A stretch of DNA of 64,000 bases, taken from the NCBI GenBank assembly GCA_012729815.1, contig JAAYCJ010000133.1:3956-67955 (forward strand), in the 5' to 3' direction. Source of the DNA: Phycisphaerae bacterium (GTDB taxonomy: Bacteria; Planctomycetota; Phycisphaerae; JAAYCJ01). A program made the translations under genes and the position numbers. How positions within the stretch are numbered: the first letter of the stretch is position 1; each line of letters begins with the position of its first letter. This document shows positions 62,080 to 64,000 of this stretch, one piece after another. The notes beneath the pieces are model-generated. The model had not been told where the DNA came from. It made no database searches and worked only from the letters and a program-made list of their open reading frames with translations.

Positions 62080-64000
62080 TTCTTGGAAAAGAAGTTATAG
62101 GAATTGGCCGGTGAGCCGTCTGGCGGTAGAGCGTCGTGATGGGCGGGAGGCGATCGCCGAGGGTGATCGTCTGCGCAAGGAAGGGCGGTTCGATCAGGCC
62201 CTCATCGTTTATCGTTCCGCCGCCGAAGGGCACGAACTTGTTCCCGCCCATATCTGTCTGAAGCTCGCACGAACCTGCATTGATCTGGAAGACTACGGGG
62301 AGGCGTGGCGCTGGACGCTGGCCGTGGTTGATTCCGGCGATGACTTTGCTTCGTGGCAGGCCGCCGCTGCGCTGTTGGCCAGACTGCCTGTCGAGGCCAT
62401 GCCGAACTCCAAACGCAGTGCAAAGCTTGCCTTATTAAGCAGTTACACGACGACCCAGTTCGGTCCGATGCTGGAGTTGGCCGCCGCCCCGTTGGGGATC
62501 CGCTTTGAACTCTATCAGGGCCACTACGGTCAGTACCGCCAGGAGATCATCGACCCGCAAAGCCCAATGTACGGTTTCGGGCCGGATTTCGTGCTTCTGG
62601 CTGTCCATGAGGGTGATCTGGCTTTGCCCGACCTGAGCCAGGACCCTGATCGGGATATTCAAGCCGAATTGCAGCGCTGGACCTCGCTATGGCGTACCGT
62701 TTCACAGCGGACCGCCGCCCGGGTAGTCCAGTACAACTTCGCCCTGCCTCCCGAAACACCCATGGGGCACCTGGGAAGCCGCCTGCCCGGTTCACGCTAC
62801 GCCATGACCCGACGGCTCAATTCCCGCCTCGGTGAGGAGGCGGCTGGGCGGGTATCCTTCATCGACGCTGAACTTATATCTTCACTGTTTGGAAAAAACC
62901 GGTGGTTTGACCCGCGATTCTGGTTCCTGGGCAAGTATGCGGTGGCACCGGAGGCCCACCCACTTCTGGCCCGCCATACCGCCGCGGTAATCGCCGCCGA
63001 TCTGGGCCTGAGCCGCAAGTGCCTCGTGCTGGACCTGGACAATACGCTTTGGGGCGGGGTCATCGGCGAAGACGGGCTGGCGGGCATCAAGCTTGGCGAC
63101 GGGGTTGAGGGCGAGGCCTACGTTGCCCTCCAGGAGTATATCCGCAAGCTCAAGAACAAGGGGATCATCCTGGCCGTCTGCTCCAAGAACAACCCCGCTG
63201 ACGCTCGCGAACCGTTCGAAAAGCACCCGGAGATGCGGATCAAGCTCGACGATATTGCCGTTTTTGCGGCCAACTGGCGGCCAAAGCCGGAGAATATTCG
63301 TGAAATTGCTGAAAAGTTAAATATAGGTTTGGACTCGCTGGTCCTTCTCGATGATAACCCGGTGGAGCGCGAAGCGGTTCGCCAGTTTCTGCCGGAGGTG
63401 GACGTGATCAGCTTGCCCGCCGATCCGTCGCGGTACGTGCGGGCGCTCGCCGAATACCTGATGTTCGAGACGACTTCGTTTACCGTTGAGGACGCCCAGC
63501 GGGCCGACCAGTATCGCGCGCGAGCACAGATCGCGGATCTCGAATCCTCAGCCGAGTCGATCGAGGATTTCCACCGCAGCCTGAAGATGCGGGCTATCGT
63601 CCGTCCTTTCGACGAGCTGAACCTGCCGCGGATCGCCCAGTTGATCGGCAAGACGAACCAGTTCAACCTGACCACGCGGCGCCATGGAGCAGAAAAGCTG
63701 CGGGAATTCATGGCGGATCCGGATTGCGTGCACCTGTACCTGCGGCTTCGCGACCGGTTCGCCGACCACGGTTTGGTGAGCGTGGCGATCGCCCGTCGCG
63801 AGGGCGAGGTCCTGGACATCGACACGTGGCTGATGAGTTGCCGGGTGATCGGTCGGACGGTTGAGGCCCAGATGCTTCATCATCTCTGCGTGGAGGCCCT
63901 TCGCCTCGGTTGTTCGCTTCTCCGCGGGACGTACGTTCCGACGGCGAAGAATGCGATGGTCGGCGACGTCTATGGCAGATACGGTTTCGAAGCGATTGAA
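62069..64000 (+). CDS. FkbH-like / HAD-IIIC domain protein (3' end outside window)
   Basis: I translated this frame by hand. It is open from ATG 62069 to the window edge (644 codons), which explains its absence from the ORF track. The HAD motif I region is KCLVLDLDNTLWGGVIGEDG. Other landmarks are ILAVCSKNN, the LLDDNPVERE block, and a GNAT-like tail (LRLRDRFADHGLVSV...LMSCRVIGRTVE). Confidence 0.8.
   Translation, partial: MLNDSWKRSYRNWPVSRLAVERRDGREAIAEGDRLRKEGRFDQALIVYRSAAEGHELVPAHICLKLARTCIDLEDYGEAWRWTLAVVDSGDDFASWQAAAALLARLPVEAMPNSKRSAKLALLSSYTTTQFGPMLELAAAPLGIRFELYQGHYGQYRQEIIDPQSPMYGFGPDFVLLAVHEGDLALPDLSQDPDRDIQAELQRWTSLWRTVSQRTAARVVQYNFALPPETPMGHLGSRLPGSRYAMTRRLNSRLGEEAAGRVSFIDAELISSLFGKNRWFDPRFWFLGKYAVAPEAHPLLARHTAAVIAADLGLSRKCLVLDLDNTLWGGVIGEDGLAGIKLGDGVEGEAYVALQEYIRKLKNKGIILAVCSKNNPADAREPFEKHPEMRIKLDDIAVFAANWRPKPENIREIAEKLNIGLDSLVLLDDNPVEREAVRQFLPEVDVISLPADPSRYVRALAEYLMFETTSFTVEDAQRADQYRARAQIADLESSAESIEDFHRSLKMRAIVRPFDELNLPRIAQLIGKTNQFNLTTRRHGAEKLREFMADPDCVHLYLRLRDRFADHGLVSVAIARREGEVLDIDTWLMSCRVIGRTVEAQMLHHLCVEALRLGCSLLRGTYVPTAKNAMVGDVYGRYGFEAIE

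Noticed and set aside
62122-62129. GGCGGTAG, the first 8 nt of the RfaH ops element, in a locus that starts with a NusG paralogue.
   Set aside because: It lies inside the FkbH-like coding sequence 21 kb from the operon start. The remaining ops positions do not match (AGCG rather than CGTG). An 8-mer this GC-rich is expected by chance in 64 kb, and RfaH-type ops logic is not established for this phylum.
1-64000. A scan for CRISPR arrays, tRNA/rRNA genes, insertion sequences, integrases, prophage genes and toxin-antitoxin pairs.
   Set aside because: Reading by eye, I found no regularly spaced direct repeats, no cloverleaf-like conserved tRNA boxes in the intergenic regions, and no transposase or integrase-like ORFs. 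A tRNAscan/Infernal run would be the decisive check.

Overview
High-GC (about 65% by eye) bacterial chromosomal segment, most likely Planctomycetota. The taxon call is an inference from two DUF1559 / H-X9-DG prepilin-like genes, AraR-like chimeric regulators and many secreted glycan-active genes. I support about 50 protein-coding genes. I saw no rRNA, tRNA, CRISPR array, transposase or integrase. Most long ORFs that lie antisense to these genes are high-GC shadow frames. The window has four blocks. (1) 1-19.6 kb holds glycan-utilisation genes (AraC regulator, glycosidase-like protein, sialate-O-acetylesterase-like esterase). It also holds a housekeeping nifU-nifS pair, a 16-repeat Cys-bearing TPR protein, a zincless Fpg/Nei glycosylase, and two mirrored regulator/pseudopilin/glycosidase triads. 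(2) 19.8-33.5 kb is a co-directional membrane-machine operon that I cannot match to any described system. It encodes two OPT-like polytopic proteins, a soluble unknown, a PqqD-like module followed by three chained micro-ORFs, and two MacB/FtsX-type ABC pairs. One of those pairs includes a 1608-aa fusion of a catalytically degenerate M28/PA domain, a coiled coil and an FtsX module. This is my best candidate for the undescribed system. (3) 33.6-40.0 kb is a proteostasis/stress island with a release-factor-like (baeRF-like) protein, DUF2267, a CBS-M50 protease, Hsp20 and a Lon-like protease. (4) 40.0-64.0 kb is a Wzx/Wzy-type polysaccharide locus. It starts with a ~960-nt untranslated leader and a NusG/UpxY-like gene, and contains an FHA-fused chain-length regulator/tyrosine kinase, two sulfotransferases and a CDP-hexose pathway. 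It ends in an FkbH-like gene that runs off the window and is missing from the ORF track. All family names come from motif recognition by eye; no database search was run.
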